Notes: generated by a model from the sequence alone, not told the origin. Counted from the first letter of the stretch, positions 10,951-21,391 are shown. The stretch: DNA of 64,000 nt from Nitrospirales bacterium (GCA_963555755.3 OY820905.2:736001-800000); one strand, 5' to 3'. A program made the numbers and translations.

Positions 10951-11961
10951 ATGAAAAATCCCAACACACCTACACACAACAAGACCCTACCGGACGAGGA
11001 TGATGCGATTGATGTCCAGTTTTCTTCAGACGACAGTGACTCCGCATTTCCCAAGAATGCACCGCACCTAGAACCTGGTGAAAAGGCCTCCTCTCCCAGC
11101 GATAGTTCGCTTGTTCCCAGCACAGCGTTACACCGGTATTTAGCTGAAATCCGACGATATCCGTTTTTGTCCAAAGAAGAAGAGATTCAGCTTTTTCACG
11201 AATATCAACACAAGGGCAACCGGGAAGCAGCCGTCAAACTTATTCTGGCCAATTTACGACTATCCGTGTCCATCGCCTCGGAATATGCCCACACCGGGGC
11301 GGATCAGATGGATTTGATCCAAGAAGGCAATGTGGGGCTCATGCAGGCCATTAAAAAGTTTGATGTGACCAGGAATGTACGCTTTTATGCGTATGCCGCT
11401 TGGTGGGTCCGAGCGTTTATATTAAGATATCTCTTGAATACGCACCGGTTGGTGAAAATTGGAACAACCCAGGAGCAACGTAAGCTCTTTTACAATTTAA
11501 AAAAAGAAAAGGCCAAACTGGAACGTTTGGGCTTCGTCCCCGATGCCAAGCTCCTCGCCGATCGGCTTCAGGTTCGCGAGCGAGATGTGGTGGAAATGGA
11601 CCAACGGCTCGGGGGAAGGGAATTATCCCTGGACCAGCCCATAAACAGCGAAGAAGGCGACAGCACCTTTCTCGATCTCCTTCCGGCCCAAACCCAGGCC
11701 ATCGATGACACCTTGGCGGAGAACCAGCTTCGACTCTTGTTTCGGAGAAAACTCGGAGAGTTTGCCAAAACACTTAATGAACGCGAAGAGGACATTCTGA
11801 GAAATCGACTTCTGTCCGAGAACCCCCTGACCCTTGAGGAATTAGGGAAAAAGTATTCAATTACCAAGGAGCGTTCACGGCAACTGGAAGCGAAAATCAT
11901 CAAAAAATTACGAGAGTTCATGAAGGCTGAGGTGAAAGATTTCGATGAAATTCGCCTGTAA
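10951..11961 (+). CDS. rpoH: RNA polymerase sigma factor, sigma-32 (RpoH) subfamily
   Basis: DLIQEGNVGLMQA; RpoH-box-like VKIGTTQEQRKLFYNLKK; region-4 HTH; upstream of groESL. Confidence 0.85.
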   Translation: MKNPNTPTHNKTLPDEDDAIDVQFSSDDSDSAFPKNAPHLEPGEKASSPSDSSLVPSTALHRYLAEIRRYPFLSKEEEIQLFHEYQHKGNREAAVKLILANLRLSVSIASEYAHTGADQMDLIQEGNVGLMQAIKKFDVTRNVRFYAYAAWWVRAFILRYLLNTHRLVKIGTTQEQRKLFYNLKKEKAKLERLGFVPDAKLLADRLQVRERDVVEMDQRLGGRELSLDQPINSEEGDSTFLDLLPAQTQAIDDTLAENQLRLLFRRKLGEFAKTLNEREEDILRNRLLSENPLTLEELGKKYSITKERSRQLEAKIIKKLREFMKAEVKDFDEIRL

Positions 11962-12025
11962 GACAGACCTGTAACCCAGAAGGCCGTAATGATAATGAGG
12001 AGGCCCCAAAACTTGAAAGGATTGA

Positions 12026-13037
12026 TATGCCTTCCCATTTAACTAAGGTTGCTTCAGTTTATTGAATCCCAAGGGTTTTGAGCTGCTGGTCAGGATTTTC
12101 AACAAACTCTGGAAGGTACTCATTGGAGTCTCACGGCGGTTATAGCGAAAGACAAACTCATCAAGATAGTGTTGCAGGTATTTTGAATCCACTCCATGGT
12201 GAATCCCGTTCAGCCAGGTCTGCAGATTGCCGAACGCTCTATGGATGTGTGGAGCGTGCTTCCCAGCACTTGCTGGGTCACCCTGGGTCCGTCTCAGGTG
12301 TTCGTATCCTGCCAAGGCTTTTGCCGAGTATCCCTTCCAACCATCGGACTTGATCTTACTGCCCTCAGCGACATGGCTATTGAGGAATGCTTTGATCTCG
12401 TTCTCTCCAGCGTCTTGAAGAATCGCTAATCGTAAACGCCCTGCTTTCTCTCGAAAGTGATCCCCTTGTGTGTACGTGACAATTTCTACGGCTCCGGCTA
12501 TTAACGTCTTGGTTTTCGCTTTCGCGACGCCACGGCCCGTTTTGCCTTTTACCGGTCCACCGATATGGGTTTCATCGGCTTCAACTGTTCCTGCGAGCCG
12601 TTCACGGTTCTGTCGTACCATTCCTCGTCGCAATCTGTGGAGCAAATACCAGGCGCTATCCACCTTCTTGATACTGAGTTGACGCTGCAATTGCACAGCA
12701 CTGATGCCAGGTGTGTGCGTGGAGACGAAATAGGCAGCCCAAAACCAAAGCCGTAGCGGCAAGTGCGATCTATGCATCACTGTGCCGCTTAGCGGTGATG
12801 TCTGTCTATGACACGACGAACACTCAAACCGGAAATATTTTTTGAGCCACCAACCACCGCGATGACCGCAAGCTGGACACATAAACCCGTCTGGCCACCG
12901 AATCGCCCGCAAGTACTCGAAGCACGCTTCTTCGGTGTGGAACCTAACAGAAAAATCCAAGATATCAGCAGCATACCCTGTGTCCATAGTCCAGCAGACT
13001 AGTCTAGGGACTAACCTTAGTCAAATGGGAAGGCATA
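12026..13037 (-). mobile_element. Intact IS1595-family element
   Basis: TIR TATGCCTTCCCATTTRACTAAGGTT; 8-bp TSD AGGATTGA at 12018-12025 and 13038-13045. Confidence 0.95.
12043..12987 (-). CDS. IS1595-family transposase
   Basis: RWPDGFMCPACG..CSSC zinc ribbon, VEADET, SDGWKGY, YLDEFVFRYNRR. Confidence 0.95.
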   Translation of the reverse strand: MDTGYAADILDFSVRFHTEEACFEYLRAIRWPDGFMCPACGHRGGWWLKKYFRFECSSCHRQTSPLSGTVMHRSHLPLRLWFWAAYFVSTHTPGISAVQLQRQLSIKKVDSAWYLLHRLRRGMVRQNRERLAGTVEADETHIGGPVKGKTGRGVAKAKTKTLIAGAVEIVTYTQGDHFREKAGRLRLAILQDAGENEIKAFLNSHVAEGSKIKSDGWKGYSAKALAGYEHLRRTQGDPASAGKHAPHIHRAFGNLQTWLNGIHHGVDSKYLQHYLDEFVFRYNRRETPMSTFQSLLKILTSSSKPLGFNKLKQP

Positions 13038-13204
13038 AGGATTGAAAAAGAAGAATTTTTCTCCTGAAAGACCTTGACTTTGGACAACCCGGATATATCT
13101 AGTCTAAGGACATGCATTGAATTGAATGGATTTTCATGATTACCACGACATTTGTGACCTTTACAATCAGGTCATTGGTGAACCAAAGGAGGCAGTAATC
13201 GATT

Positions 13205-13537
13205 ATGGCTACGCAAACCAAGGAAAAGGAAAAAAAAGAGAACAAAGAAGAGAGCAAAGGGACCGCTGCTAAAGGGTTTCTTCCATTAGGCGACCGGGTT
13301 TTTGTGACCTATACTGAAGAGTTAGAACGCACGGCGGGTGGCATCTATGTTCCTGACTCAGCGCGGGAAAAACCCCAACGTGGAACCGTCGAGGGAGCAG
13401 GAAAAGATGTTCAAAACCTGAAGGTTGGAGATCAAGTACTGTTCGATAAATATTCCGGGACAAAAATAAAAATTGAGAATGATGATTGCCTGATTCTTCG
13501 CGAAGAAGACATACTGGGCGTCTTTGTTGACGATTAA
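13205..13537 (+). CDS. groES: Co-chaperonin GroES
   Basis: PLGDRV, TAGGIYVPDSAREKPQ, KYSGT; AAGGAGG RBS. Confidence 0.96.
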   Translation: MATQTKEKEKKENKEESKGTAAKGFLPLGDRVFVTYTEELERTAGGIYVPDSAREKPQRGTVEGAGKDVQNLKVGDQVLFDKYSGTKIKIENDDCLILREEDILGVFVDD

Positions 13538-13622
13538 GTCTACATTCGTCAATCACCCAGTTCTGACTTACATGAATATCTAGAATTTGAAGTTACACTT
13601 TAAAGTTTGATGGAGGAAGATT

Positions 13623-15278
13623 ATGCCGAAACAGTTACTATATGGTGATCAAGCCCGGGCTGCGATTCTCCAGGGTGTGAACCAATTGGCCAATGCAGTG
13701 AAAGCGACGTTGGGCCCGAAAGGCCGGAACGCCATTTTAGACAAGAAGTTTGGTGCACCCACGATCACCAAAGACGGTGTGACCGTGGCGAAAGAAATTG
13801 AACTGTCAGACCCCTACCAAAACATGGGTGCCCAACTCGTGAAAGAGGTAGCCAGCAAAACCAGTGATGTGGCTGGTGACGGAACCACCACGGCTACCGT
13901 GTTGGCCCAAGCTATTTACCGCGAAGGGGTGAGGAACATCAGCGCCGGCGCCAATCCAATGGAATTGAAGCGCGGGATTGATAAAGCCGTTGAAGTAGTC
14001 ATTGAAGAGTTGAAGAAAATCAGCAAGCCCTGCCATTCCAAGAAAGAAATCGGCCAAATCGGTTCTATTTCTGCCAACAATGACCCCACCATTGGCGATC
14101 TCATTGCCGAAGCCATGGACAAAGTTGGAAAAGATGGCGTGATCACTGTGGAAGAGGCCAAATCCATGTCCACCTCCTTGGACGTAGTTGAGGGTATGCA
14201 ATTCGACCGGGGTTACATTTCCCCCTACTTCGTCACAAATGCCGAACGCATGGAAGCTGTCCTGGAAGATGCCTTCATGTTGATCAACGAGAAAAAAATC
14301 AGTGCCATGAAAGATTTACTCCCCATTCTGGAGCAAGTCGCCAAAATGGGCAAACCCTTGGTGATTCTCGCTGAAGATGTAGAAGGCGAAGCCTTGGCAA
14401 CCCTCGTGGTCAACAAGCTTCGGGGAACCTTAAATATCTCCGCCGTGAAAGCCCCAGGCTTCGGTGATCGCCGCAAGGCCATGCTCGAAGACATTGCCAT
14501 TCTCACCGGAGGTCAAGTCATTTCAGAAGAAGTCGGTCTGAAATTAGAGAATGTGAAACTCACCGATCTTGGCCGTGCCAAACGCATCACCATCGACAAA
14601 GACAACACCACAATCGTGGAAGGTGCTGGAGATCCCAAGAAGATCGAAGGCCGCGTGAAGCAAATTAAAGCTCAAATTGAAGAAACCACTTCTGAGTATG
14701 ATGGCGAAAAGCTCCAAGAGCGGTTGGCAAAAATCGTAGGTGGTGTGGCTGTGATTAACGTAGGTGCCGCAACGGAAACTGAAATGAAGGAAAAGAAAGC
14801 CCGCGTCGAGGACGCCCTTCATGCGACAAAAGCCGCTGTTGAAGAAGGGATTGTCCCTGGAGGCGGCGTGGCTTTTCTCCGAGCCCTTCCAGCTTTGGAC
14901 AAATTGAAATTAGAGGGCGATCAACAATTCGGTGTGAATATTATCCGTCGCGCCCTCGAAGAACCAATTCGGTTGATTGTAGAAAATGCCGGTGTCGAAG
15001 GTTCCATTGTCGTGGATAAAGTGAAACACGATAAGACGAACCGAGGATACAATGCCGCCGTTGGTGAATACGTCGATATGGTGGAATCCGGTGTGATTGA
15101 TCCAACCAAAGTCACCCGTTGCGCATTACAAAATGCCGCGAGTGTCTCAGGGTTAATGTTGACCACCGAGGTAACCATCACCGATCTTCCAGAAGACAAA
15201 AAAGATGGCGGCATGGGCGGCCATGACCACGGTATGGGTGGCATGGGCGGTATGGGTGGCATGGGCGGAATGATGTAA
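13623..15278 (+). CDS. groEL: Chaperonin GroEL
   Basis: [24 protein letters not shown]-terminal repeats. Confidence 0.99.
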   Translation: MPKQLLYGDQARAAILQGVNQLANAVKATLGPKGRNAILDKKFGAPTITKDGVTVAKEIELSDPYQNMGAQLVKEVASKTSDVAGDGTTTATVLAQAIYREGVRNISAGANPMELKRGIDKAVEVVIEELKKISKPCHSKKEIGQIGSISANNDPTIGDLIAEAMDKVGKDGVITVEEAKSMSTSLDVVEGMQFDRGYISPYFVTNAERMEAVLEDAFMLINEKKISAMKDLLPILEQVAKMGKPLVILAEDVEGEALATLVVNKLRGTLNISAVKAPGFGDRRKAMLEDIAILTGGQVISEEVGLKLENVKLTDLGRAKRITIDKDNTTIVEGAGDPKKIEGRVKQIKAQIEETTSEYDGEKLQERLAKIVGGVAVINVGAATETEMKEKKARVEDALHATKAAVEEGIVPGGGVAFLRALPALDKLKLEGDQQFGVNIIRRALEEPIRLIVENAGVEGSIVVDKVKHDKTNRGYNAAVGEYVDMVESGVIDPTKVTRCALQNAASVSGLMLTTEVTITDLPEDKKDGGMGGHDHGMGGMGGMGGMGGMM

Positions 15279-15308
15279 TTTTCGTCTAATCGAAAGTAGG
15301 TTATTGTC

Positions 15309-15352
15309 CGAAGGCCCGAGGAAGAATATCTCCTCGGGCCTTCGTGTTTATT
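15309..15352 (+). terminator. Rho-independent terminator of groESL
   Basis: 14-bp stem CGAAGGCCCGAGGA/TCCTCGGGCCTTCG followed by TGTTTATT. Confidence 0.8.
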
Positions 15353-15461
15353 GTCAAATCCATCCCTTTGAGAACTTTCCCATTCCATTTCCTCGCCTGA
15401 TGAACAGCTTCTGTGTTATATACGAACAATCGAACACACTGAAGCATAACACCGATTTTTT

Positions 15462-15599
15462 GTAACTACTCAGGTATTTAGGCTGAAGGCTGAAGGCTAA
15501 AGACTGAAGGCTATCACTCATAATGCTTAACGTTTTGTATGATCACGCATGATTGCCCCCTAAAAGCCTTCGGCCTTCAGTCTATCCACCTGAGTTACG
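15462..15599. repeat. MITE-like element, GTAACTACTCAG family, copy 2 (inverted)
   Basis: Reverse-complement match to 6305-6439; internal AGGCTGA heptamer repeats. Confidence 0.8.
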
Positions 15600-15621
15600 A
15601 TTTTTTTACTGAAAGGACACC

Positions 15622-16017
15622 GTGATGAAGCAGTATATGATTGGATTCCTGATGATTGGTTTAATGTGTGGCACCCTGCTGCTGGGACACACATCTACGT
15701 CCTTTGCAGCCCCTCAGACAGAATCCATGTGCACCATCGGTATGGTCAAGGGAGAGAAAGGTCGAACTTGTGAAGTACCTATTCCTGATGGCTGTACTAC
15801 CGCGAAGGTACCAGGCTATGATCAACTTTGGGCGGATATTTCTAAAGGTGGGGCAACCACATGCCAATTTGATACACAAAAAACTGATTGGGCCACCATC
15901 ATCACTGGATCCTGTGGACCCTGTACAACTGATAACTGCTCAGCACAATTCAGCGTGAAATTCAATTGTTCAGGTAGCACGGGGGGATACAAGCCTCAAT
16001 CTCGAAAAACCCATTAA
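15622..16017 (+). CDS. Small secreted cysteine-rich hypothetical protein
   Basis: Signal peptide ending SFA-A; 8 Cys in the mature part; AAAGGA RBS. Confidence 0.7.
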   Translation: MMKQYMIGFLMIGLMCGTLLLGHTSTSFAAPQTESMCTIGMVKGEKGRTCEVPIPDGCTTAKVPGYDQLWADISKGGATTCQFDTQKTDWATIITGSCGPCTTDNCSAQFSVKFNCSGSTGGYKPQSRKTH

Positions 16018-16046
16018 ACCTAGAAACAGCAATTGGATCACAAGCC

Positions 16047-17066
16047 GTGCCATCTTTATCAGAGTCTATAAAACAGGCTGCCAACGCGCTTGGATTTGAT
16101 GCCGTGGGCATTGCCTGCCTGGATCCCTTAGATTCACAGTCCCTTCCCCCCAGCACCCACGCAAATTCGTCCTCTCCCACCTCGCTCCTTCAATACCTCC
16201 AGGAGTGGCTCTCAATGGGGTATCACGGAACCATGCAATGGATGGCCAAAGACCCCGAGCGTCGGGCTGATCCACGAAACATTTTACCAGGGTGCAAATC
16301 CATTATCTGTGTCGGCATGAACTACTGGACCGACATCCAGCCAGAAGAGGGACCAGGTTTCGGCAGGATTGCGCGCTACGCCTGGGGAAAAGACTACCAT
16401 CAACTTTTGATAAAGCGCCTAAAAAATCTCGAACAATCAATTTTGGGATTCGCCCCGGAATCCACCACTCGTAGTTACGTCGATACCGGCCCGATCATGG
16501 AAAAGGTTTGGGCGCAACGAGCTGGCTTGGGATGGATCGGGAAACACTCGAATCTGGTGTCACCCACCCTTGGATCGTGGCTACTGTTGGGAGAAATTTT
16601 AACGACGCTAGAGTTAGAACCAGACGAACCTGGCAGTGATCTCTGCGGGACCTGCACGCTGTGCATTCGAGCCTGTCCCACTCAGGCAATTACCGAACCC
16701 TATATCGTTGATGCCACGAAATGCATATCGTATTTGACCATCGAATACCGTGACGACCTGAATTCTATCCCCCAAGAACTTCGCTCACAAATGGGCAATC
16801 GAATCTTTGGCTGCGATGACTGCCTGGACGCCTGCCCATACAACGTCTACGCCTCACCAACCAAAGAAACAGCTTTTTTCCCAACCCCACTCACACGAAG
16901 CCCGAAACTCAATCAACTCTCACAGATGAACGAAGAATCTTTTGCGAACACCTTTCAGGGCAGTCCCATTCGCCGACCAAAACATTCCGGGTTTCAACGC
17001 AATATCCAAGTGGCCCTATCCAACGATATAGGGACTGATCAAAAAGGCCGTCCAGCAAGGCCGTAA
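16047..17066 (+). CDS. queG: Epoxyqueuosine reductase
   Basis: IARYAWGKDYH, YVDTGP, CGTCTLCIRACPT, CISYLTIE, FGCDDCLDACP. Confidence 0.95.
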   Translation: MPSLSESIKQAANALGFDAVGIACLDPLDSQSLPPSTHANSSSPTSLLQYLQEWLSMGYHGTMQWMAKDPERRADPRNILPGCKSIICVGMNYWTDIQPEEGPGFGRIARYAWGKDYHQLLIKRLKNLEQSILGFAPESTTRSYVDTGPIMEKVWAQRAGLGWIGKHSNLVSPTLGSWLLLGEILTTLELEPDEPGSDLCGTCTLCIRACPTQAITEPYIVDATKCISYLTIEYRDDLNSIPQELRSQMGNRIFGCDDCLDACPYNVYASPTKETAFFPTPLTRSPKLNQLSQMNEESFANTFQGSPIRRPKHSGFQRNIQVALSNDIGTDQKGRPARP

Positions 17067-17152
17067 GCAGCGAAGAGAGCGAGGCGTCGGGATGAGTACC
17101 TTGAGCCCTCCGAGCAATGAGAACGCAGCTGGCGGTCTTTTTCAACAGTCCC
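17031..17152. mobile_element. Nitrospira-type MITE overlapping the queG 3' end
   Basis: TIR GGGACTG..AAAAAG / CTTTTTCAACAGTCCC, ATA on both flanks; core AAAAAGGCCGTCCAGCAAGGCCG resembles a repeat I recall from Nitrospira genomes. Confidence 0.75.
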
Positions 17153-17173
17153 ATACAACCAGCTCAAAAAATT

Positions 17174-19597
17174 CTAACGCAGCTCAACAATCGTCACCCC
17201 ATCCCCACCCTCTCCCTGCATACCCGGTCGATACGACTCGACATAAGGGGAATGTGATAAATATTGTCGTGTCGCAATTTTCAGTTTGCCCGTTCCATGG
17301 CCATGAATGACATGCAGCGATTTGGCAACCGTGAGCGCAGCTTCATCGAGACGTGAGGCCAGACATTCCAGAGCCTCTTCCACGGTTTGCCCACGAACGT
17401 CAATCGTCAACAACCCAGAAGGTGATGGGGACGTGCGATTCTGTTCGGCAAATCCTTTTCCTGTTTTTTTATTGGGAGAAGCATGAGTGGCCGACAAAGA
17501 ATTTGACGGTATATCGCCCCCTTGACTTCTCCCGATGAGAAGCTCAACGGCAACCGACAGCTCTGAATCCCCTACCTGAAGACGAACTCGCTTCTTTCCT
17601 TGAGGGTTTTCAAGCAACGTTCCAGATGTGCCTAAATGGGAGATTTCGACCAAGGCGCCGACCCCTAAGGAATCGAGAGGAATCGTCTGACTGTCATCTT
17701 GGGTATTTCGAATCAATTCCCCTTCAATAGCACTCACGCGTTGTTTGGCTTCTTTCGCTTTTACCAGAGACTTGTCCTGCTTCAAGGCATCAAGTGTTTG
17801 CCGGATTTCCGTTCGAGCCCGAGCGAGATCCTCTTTGAACTTCTTTTTGACTTTGCGCAATTCCTCACGCTCCGTCGTGCGGAGACGATCAACACGCTCT
17901 TGTATTTCGGCTGCAGCGCTCTCAGCCGTGTGTCGATGTGTTTCGGCATCTTCGAGTTCTTGACGAAGCCGATGGTGCATAGCCTGTAGGTCTGAAAAGA
18001 TATGATCCAATTGGCGGTCCTGTTGATGCACAATATTCGCCGCCTGTTTGAGAATGCCTGGATCCATGCCTAGGCGACCCGCAATATCCAACGCAGAAGA
18101 ACCTCCGGGCACTCCCTGAATAAGCCGATAGGTTGGCGTCAGAGTCGCCACATCAAACTCGAGGCTCGCATTGAGAAATCCAGGAGTCGAGAGAGCTAAC
18201 GTCTTCAAGGAATTGTAATGAGTCGTCACCACAACCTTAAAACCCAACTGAGCAAAGTGGATGAGCACCGCCTCGGCCAACGCCGCGCCCTCTGCAGGAT
18301 CGGTCGAACTGATCACTTCATCGAGTAACACTAAAATGGGACCGGAAGTACCTGAAGATCGAGAATGCCCGATGTCCAACAGTTCGACTATTTTGGTCAG
18401 GTGCGCGGAAAAGCTGGACAGATCCTTGGCCAAATCCTGAGTATCCCCAATATCCGCATACGTTTCCCCAAAAAACCCCATCTCCGATCCTTGACCACAG
18501 GGAAGATGCAGCCCGGCTCGAACCATGAGACTGTACAGACCGAGAACTTTCAGATTGACGGTTTTCCCACCCGTATTCGGACCGGAAATCACCAAAATAT
18601 TTTGATCTTTTTCAAAAAAGATGTCATTGGGAATCACGGTGCTGCGAGCAAGCAGCAATAAAGGATGCCGTGCCTTGGACAAACGAATATGCCCATCCTC
18701 CGATAGTTGCACAGGATGCGCCTGCAGACGTTGGCTCAAACGCGCCTTCGCCCCAATGCTGTCCAAAATCGTGAGCACCTTCAGATACTGTTGAATAGCC
18801 GGGATATGCTCAACAATCATCGAACTCAGTTCAGCAAGGATTCGATGAATTTCTCGAGCCACCGCCAGTTCCCCGACCTTGATACGATTATTGAGTTCAA
18901 TCAATTCCCGAGGCTCCAGAAAGACCGTTAAGCCGCTGGAAGACACATCGTGAACAATACCGTCCACTTGATGCTGCATATCAACCTTGATCGGGAGCAC
19001 ATACCGATTCTCTCGTTGGGCAAAGTAGGGTTCCTGCAAGGCGTCGCGATAAGACGACGAGGTCAACATGGATTCCAAGCGTTGCCGCATTCTCAACTTT
19101 AATCCCTGAGCTTCCTGAATCGCGTCATACAACGCGGAGGAGGCACGATCCAAAATCTCTCCCTCCGGGCTGATGCATTGATCAATGTCGGACCGCAGAG
19201 GAGAAAGATCATCAAGATGCTCAATATGGGCGAAGACATGCGGGGCAAGTTCCTTCTGCGCTTTGAGGCAGCGCTGCACACTGACAATGAGGGCCATAGC
19301 ATTGGCCATGCGCCGCAACTCTTGTGCATCCAACACCGCACCTTTTTCAGCACGAATAAGCGCACTCCCACTATCGTGAAACGTCAAAACCGGAAACGGA
19401 AGAGTCCCCTCGGACAGAGCAATCATTTCCGATGTCTCATGAATACAGCCCTGAGCAGAAGAACAACTTTCTGCCAACGGAATAGATCGACAGTAGTCCG
19501 CGCCAAGGGAGGAATGAGCTTGAGAGGCCAAAAGCTCAAGCAGTCTGGGCCACTCTAACGCCTGCTGTGTTTGTTGGAATAAGGTTTCGTGGGACAT
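17174..19597 (-). CDS. mutS2: Endonuclease MutS2
   Basis: ISGPNTGGKT Walker A, LSSFSAH, LLDE, TTHY, C-terminal Smr IHGHGTGKL..GGDGVT. Confidence 0.95.
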   Translation of the reverse strand: MSHETLFQQTQQALEWPRLLELLASQAHSSLGADYCRSIPLAESCSSAQGCIHETSEMIALSEGTLPFPVLTFHDSGSALIRAEKGAVLDAQELRRMANAMALIVSVQRCLKAQKELAPHVFAHIEHLDDLSPLRSDIDQCISPEGEILDRASSALYDAIQEAQGLKLRMRQRLESMLTSSSYRDALQEPYFAQRENRYVLPIKVDMQHQVDGIVHDVSSSGLTVFLEPRELIELNNRIKVGELAVAREIHRILAELSSMIVEHIPAIQQYLKVLTILDSIGAKARLSQRLQAHPVQLSEDGHIRLSKARHPLLLLARSTVIPNDIFFEKDQNILVISGPNTGGKTVNLKVLGLYSLMVRAGLHLPCGQGSEMGFFGETYADIGDTQDLAKDLSSFSAHLTKIVELLDIGHSRSSGTSGPILVLLDEVISSTDPAEGAALAEAVLIHFAQLGFKVVVTTHYNSLKTLALSTPGFLNASLEFDVATLTPTYRLIQGVPGGSSALDIAGRLGMDPGILKQAANIVHQQDRQLDHIFSDLQAMHHRLRQELEDAETHRHTAESAAAEIQERVDRLRTTEREELRKVKKKFKEDLARARTEIRQTLDALKQDKSLVKAKEAKQRVSAIEGELIRNTQDDSQTIPLDSLGVGALVEISHLGTSGTLLENPQGKKRVRLQVGDSELSVAVELLIGRSQGGDIPSNSLSATHASPNKKTGKGFAEQNRTSPSPSGLLTIDVRGQTVEEALECLASRLDEAALTVAKSLHVIHGHGTGKLKIATRQYLSHSPYVESYRPGMQGEGGDGVTIVELR

Positions 19598-19825
19598 AAA
19601 AAGTGGCAATACGTTTGATGAGAATCGGTGTTTCTTCAGTAGATCCGGAACCAGATATCATCAATTGGCTTTGACAAATCTACAGGAAGAATAGCGAAGT
19701 CTTGCCCGAAACGGAAGCGAAGAGAAAAGATGAGATGTGGAAAAATAATTACATTTCGTGATTCACCAGTACTCGGCACGGGGTAACCCTTAAGATCTAC
19801 CCTGAGTCAGGTCGTAGGGATCCTC

Positions 19826-19855
19826 TTGACAGTGAACATTTGTTCACCGTATCCT
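19826..19855 (+). promoter_or_regulatory. Sigma-70 promoter overlapping a LexA-type operator (GAAC-N4-GTTC)
   Basis: TTGACA-18-TATCCT with palindrome GTGAACATTTGTTCAC at 19832-19847, just upstream of a lexA-like start. Confidence 0.65.
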
Positions 19856-19864
19856 TAAGCCCTC

Positions 19865-19933
19865 ATGGATTCCCGCTCGCATTTCCCGGCCATTGTCGCG
19901 TTCTATCGTACGCACCGGCGCATGCCTACCTAA
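19865..19933 (+). pseudogene. N-terminal fragment of a LexA-like repressor
   Basis: MDSRSHFPAIVAFYRTHRRMPT resembles LexA helix 1 and the PT motif, then a stop. Confidence 0.5.
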
Positions 19934-20133
19934 TCAGGCCTGAGTATGGCCCGACTCATGGAAGAAAAAGCGTTTGTTGCTTATTACTTTGACCCCGGTT
20001 CCTGCAGTTCGCGTAGCGTCGATGGCTATTTCTGGGACGAAATCCCAAGCAATGCTTGAAAAGCCGCCCTGCCTGCAAAGTGCCAACTCCCTCAACCGGA
20101 GCAAAAGTAATAAGCATCAAGCGTTTTATGAGA

Positions 20134-20424
20134 TTACGCCGCTGTTCGTCTGACTCGAACGTCGACGACCAAGCCAGCATGGGTAAGCATTCCAATGAGG
20201 GTATCCACACTAAAGAGTCCAATTTTCCCTCGGATTAAGTCACTGACTCTGGGCTGAGTGACTCCCAGGCGTGGGGCGGCTTCCTTTTGGGTGAGTTTAT
20301 TCGTTCGAATATATTTTCCCACCTCGGTCATGAGCATGGCGCGTACTTTTAAATTTCCGGCTTCTTCAGCTTCAAATCCGACATCTTGGAAGACATTCCG
20401 TTGTGATTTACTTTTTGGTGCCAT
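20134..20424 (-). CDS. XRE-family HTH antitoxin (HigA-like)
   Basis: NVFQDVGF..LTQKEAAPRLGVTQPRVSDLIRGKIGLFSVDTL. Confidence 0.9.
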   Translation of the reverse strand: MAPKSKSQRNVFQDVGFEAEEAGNLKVRAMLMTEVGKYIRTNKLTQKEAAPRLGVTQPRVSDLIRGKIGLFSVDTLIGMLTHAGLVVDVRVRRTAA

Positions 20425-20746
20425 GACTTTTTCTCCTGATTAATGTCTGCAGTCGATCGCGCGCGACTGTGATATCATTTTGCCGTGTTTTCATGGTTTT
20501 CTTTTGAAACACGTGTAACACATACACCGCGTCTTTGAATGTCGCCACATAGATCACCCGATAGGCATTTTGGGTTTGAACACGGATTTCTTGAACACCT
20601 GATCCCACGCTCGGCAGGGGCTTCCAGTCCGATGGGTCAAGACCATTTTGGACTCGATAGAGCTGATAGCCGATCTCGGCCCGGGCCGTAGTCGGAAAAG
20701 ACCGCACCTCTTTACGGGCCGTGCCTAACCATTCAACAGATTTCAT
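20408..20746 (-). CDS. RelE/HigB (gp49-like) toxin
   Basis: GYQLYRVQNG..WKPLPSVGSGVQEIRV..YRVIYVA..VYVLHVFQKKT; toxin-first order. Confidence 0.9.
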   Translation of the reverse strand: MKSVEWLGTARKEVRSFPTTARAEIGYQLYRVQNGLDPSDWKPLPSVGSGVQEIRVQTQNAYRVIYVATFKDAVYVLHVFQKKTMKTRQNDITVARDRLQTLIRRKSHGTKK

Positions 20747-20753
20747 TTTTTAA

Positions 20754-20781
20754 ATTATACAAGAATTTGTATATTCGTCAA
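20754..20781 (-). promoter_or_regulatory. higBA promoter with operator palindrome, probably leaderless
   Basis: TTGACG-16-TATAAT, 7 nt before ATG; palindrome ATACAA..TTGTAT. Confidence 0.65.
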
Positions 20782-21016
20782 TGGCTAGGGCTGATAAGGC
20801 GCGTCAAACAATAAGGTGTCAGAAACCATTTCCCCACCTTGTGCCCTCCGTGGGATTGACGGGTTTACCCGAGAGAGGGCCGGAGAATACTTGCACACCA
20901 TTGCTCTTCACAAACTAATCCGACAGCGTCACGGGGTCCCGGATGTGTATGAGTTTGATGCGGACCCCAATTCTCCTTTCAATCAAGGTGAAGGGGATGT
21001 CAATAAATCTTTGTAG

Positions 21017-21391
21017 ATTCGCCTGTTGGGCACCGTGGAAGCCGGCATCCCCTCGGCGGCGGAAGAGGTCCACCTCGAAACGATCAATTGGGAGGAACAC
21101 CTCATCCGCAACCCGCAGGCCACCTACCTGCTCCGCGTGCAAGGGGAGTCAATGATTGAGGCCGGGATTCTTCCCGGCGATGCCGTCCTGGTGGAGCGAC
21201 GGAAAGAGGCCAAGACGGGGGACATCGTGATGGCAGAAGTCGAGGGCGACTGGACGATGAAGGTATTCCGCAAGCGGGGACGGCGAGTCTTTCTGGAACC
21301 CGCGAACCAACATTTTCCGACGATTGTTCCAAAGCAGCACCTGCGCATTGCCGCCGTGGTCATCGCGGTGATACGCACCTATCCCACCTAA
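21017..21391 (+). pseudogene. C-terminal S24 peptidase part of a LexA-like repressor
   Basis: LLGTVEAGIP (A-G cleavage site), LRVQGESMIEAGILPGD, TMK, LEPAN; no DNA-binding domain or start codon. Confidence 0.8.

Noticed and set aside
13046..13204. CIRCE element upstream of groES
   Set aside because: TTAGCACTC-N9-GAGTGCTAA is not present.
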